DNA of 64,000 nucleotides, taken from contig NC_091476.1 of assembly GCF_036971445.1 (NCBI RefSeq), positions 82,026,001 through 82,090,000 of the forward strand, written 5' to 3'. Position 1 is the first letter of the stretch; every line of letters starts with the position of its first letter. This DNA comes from Narcine bancroftii (Eukaryota). The translations under genes were made by a program, and so were the position numbers. The notes beneath the pieces were generated by a model that made no database searches, was not told the origin of the DNA, and worked only from the letters and a program-made list of their open reading frames with translations. Positions 63,201 to 64,000 of this stretch are shown here, piece after piece.

Positions 63201-64000
63201 GTGTGACGGGACGGGGCTTTGCTCGCTGTAACGGGACGGGGCTTTGCTCGCTGTAACGGGACGGGGCTTTGCTCGGTGTGACGGGACCGTGCTTCGCTCG
63301 GTTCGACAGGACGGGGCTCCGCTCGGTGTGACGGGACGGAGCTTCGCTCCGTGTGACGGGACGGGGCTTCGCTCTGTGTGACGGAATAGGGATTTGCTCT
63401 GTGTGACCGGACGGGGCTATACTCTGAGTGATGGTAATGGACTTCACTCTGTCTCCCCGCCCAGGAGTATGTGAAGGATTGGGGCTTTGCTCTGTGTCCC
63501 CGCCCCAGGTGTGTGTGACGTGACTGGACATTGCTCTGTGTGACGGGAAGGGGCTTTGCTCTCTGTGAGGGGACGGTGCTAGGCTTTGCTCTGTGTTGCG
63601 GTACGGGGCTTCGCTCCCTGTGATGGGTCGGGGCTTCGCTGCGAGTGACGGTATGGGGCTTCGCTCGGTGTGACGGGACGGGGCTTCGCTCGGTGTGACG
63701 GGACGGCGCTTCGCTCCGTGTGACACGACGGGGCTTCGCTCCGTGTGCAAGGACGCGGCCTTGCTCCGTGTGAGGGGACGGAGTTTCCTCCGTGTGACGG
63801 GACGTGGCTTGCTCCGTGTAAGGCACGGGGCATTGTTCCGATTGACGGGACGCAGCTTCGCTCTGTGTGACGGGAGTGGACGAGGCTTTGCTCTGTGTGA
63901 CCGGACAGGGATTCACAATTCGTGACGGTACGGGGCTTCGCTCTTTGTAACGGGACGGGGCTTCGCTCTGTGTGACGGGACAGGAGTTTGCTTGGCGTGA

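Larger units (their letters stand above)
1..64000 (+). repeat. GC-rich satellite array, 25-bp monomer (consensus GTGACGGGACGGGGCTTCGCTCTGT) with 30-bp and 44-bp variant units and irregular higher-order structure; runs off both window ends
   Basis: GTGACGGGACGGGGCTT(C/T)GCTC recurs at about 25-bp spacing throughout, always in the same orientation; no unique interruption seen; the ORF track shows the same peptide motifs everywhere. Confidence 0.98.

Noticed and set aside
851-63925. Long minus-strand and short plus-strand ORFs as protein-coding genes (mucin-like or SR-rich)
   Set aside because: They overlap in all three frames with the same peptide, derive from a 25-bp unit that is not a codon multiple, mostly lack real ATG starts, and homologous copies gain or lose stops and frameshifts freely.
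1-64000. CRISPR array (conserved 25-bp repeat with variable parts)
   Set aside because: No unique 25-45 bp spacers; repeats are head-to-tail, variable positions are reused many times, and there is no leader or cas gene.
1-64000. Telomeric repeats, transposon or retroelement insertions, large inversions, rRNA/tRNA genes
   Set aside because: No TTAGGG-type arrays, poly(A) tails, terminal repeats, unique sequence or reverse-oriented monomer runs were seen by eye.
1-64000. Assignment to a specific organism or named satellite family
   Set aside because: I do not recognise the consensus with confidence; a Dfam/Repbase/nt search is needed.

Overview
The whole 64-kb window is one uninterrupted, single-orientation, GC-rich satellite (tandem repeat) array; I see no credible gene, RNA gene, transposon or CRISPR array. 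The basic monomer is 25 bp, consensus GTGACGGGACGGGGCTTCGCTCTGT (17/25 GC, 3 CpG, + strand G-rich and A-poor), itself built from five pentamers. It is interspersed with 30-bp variants (one extra pentamer) and a 44-bp variant family (monomer plus a 19-bp C-rich insert). Variant monomers occur in fixed orders that form reusable modules of a few hundred bp to about 2 kb. These modules are shuffled and duplicated into irregular higher-order repeats (offsets about 2542, 3293, 4615, 6261-6336, 6967-7092, 8803, about 21.9k and 23994 bp, read from recurring ORFs in the track). Nearly all larger indels between copies equal sums of 25/30/44-bp units. All three CpGs show TpG and CpA variants, suggesting a CpG-methylating eukaryotic host. 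The many long minus-strand ORFs are explained by a stop-free reverse-complement monomer. I cannot assign the organism or a named satellite family from sequence alone.
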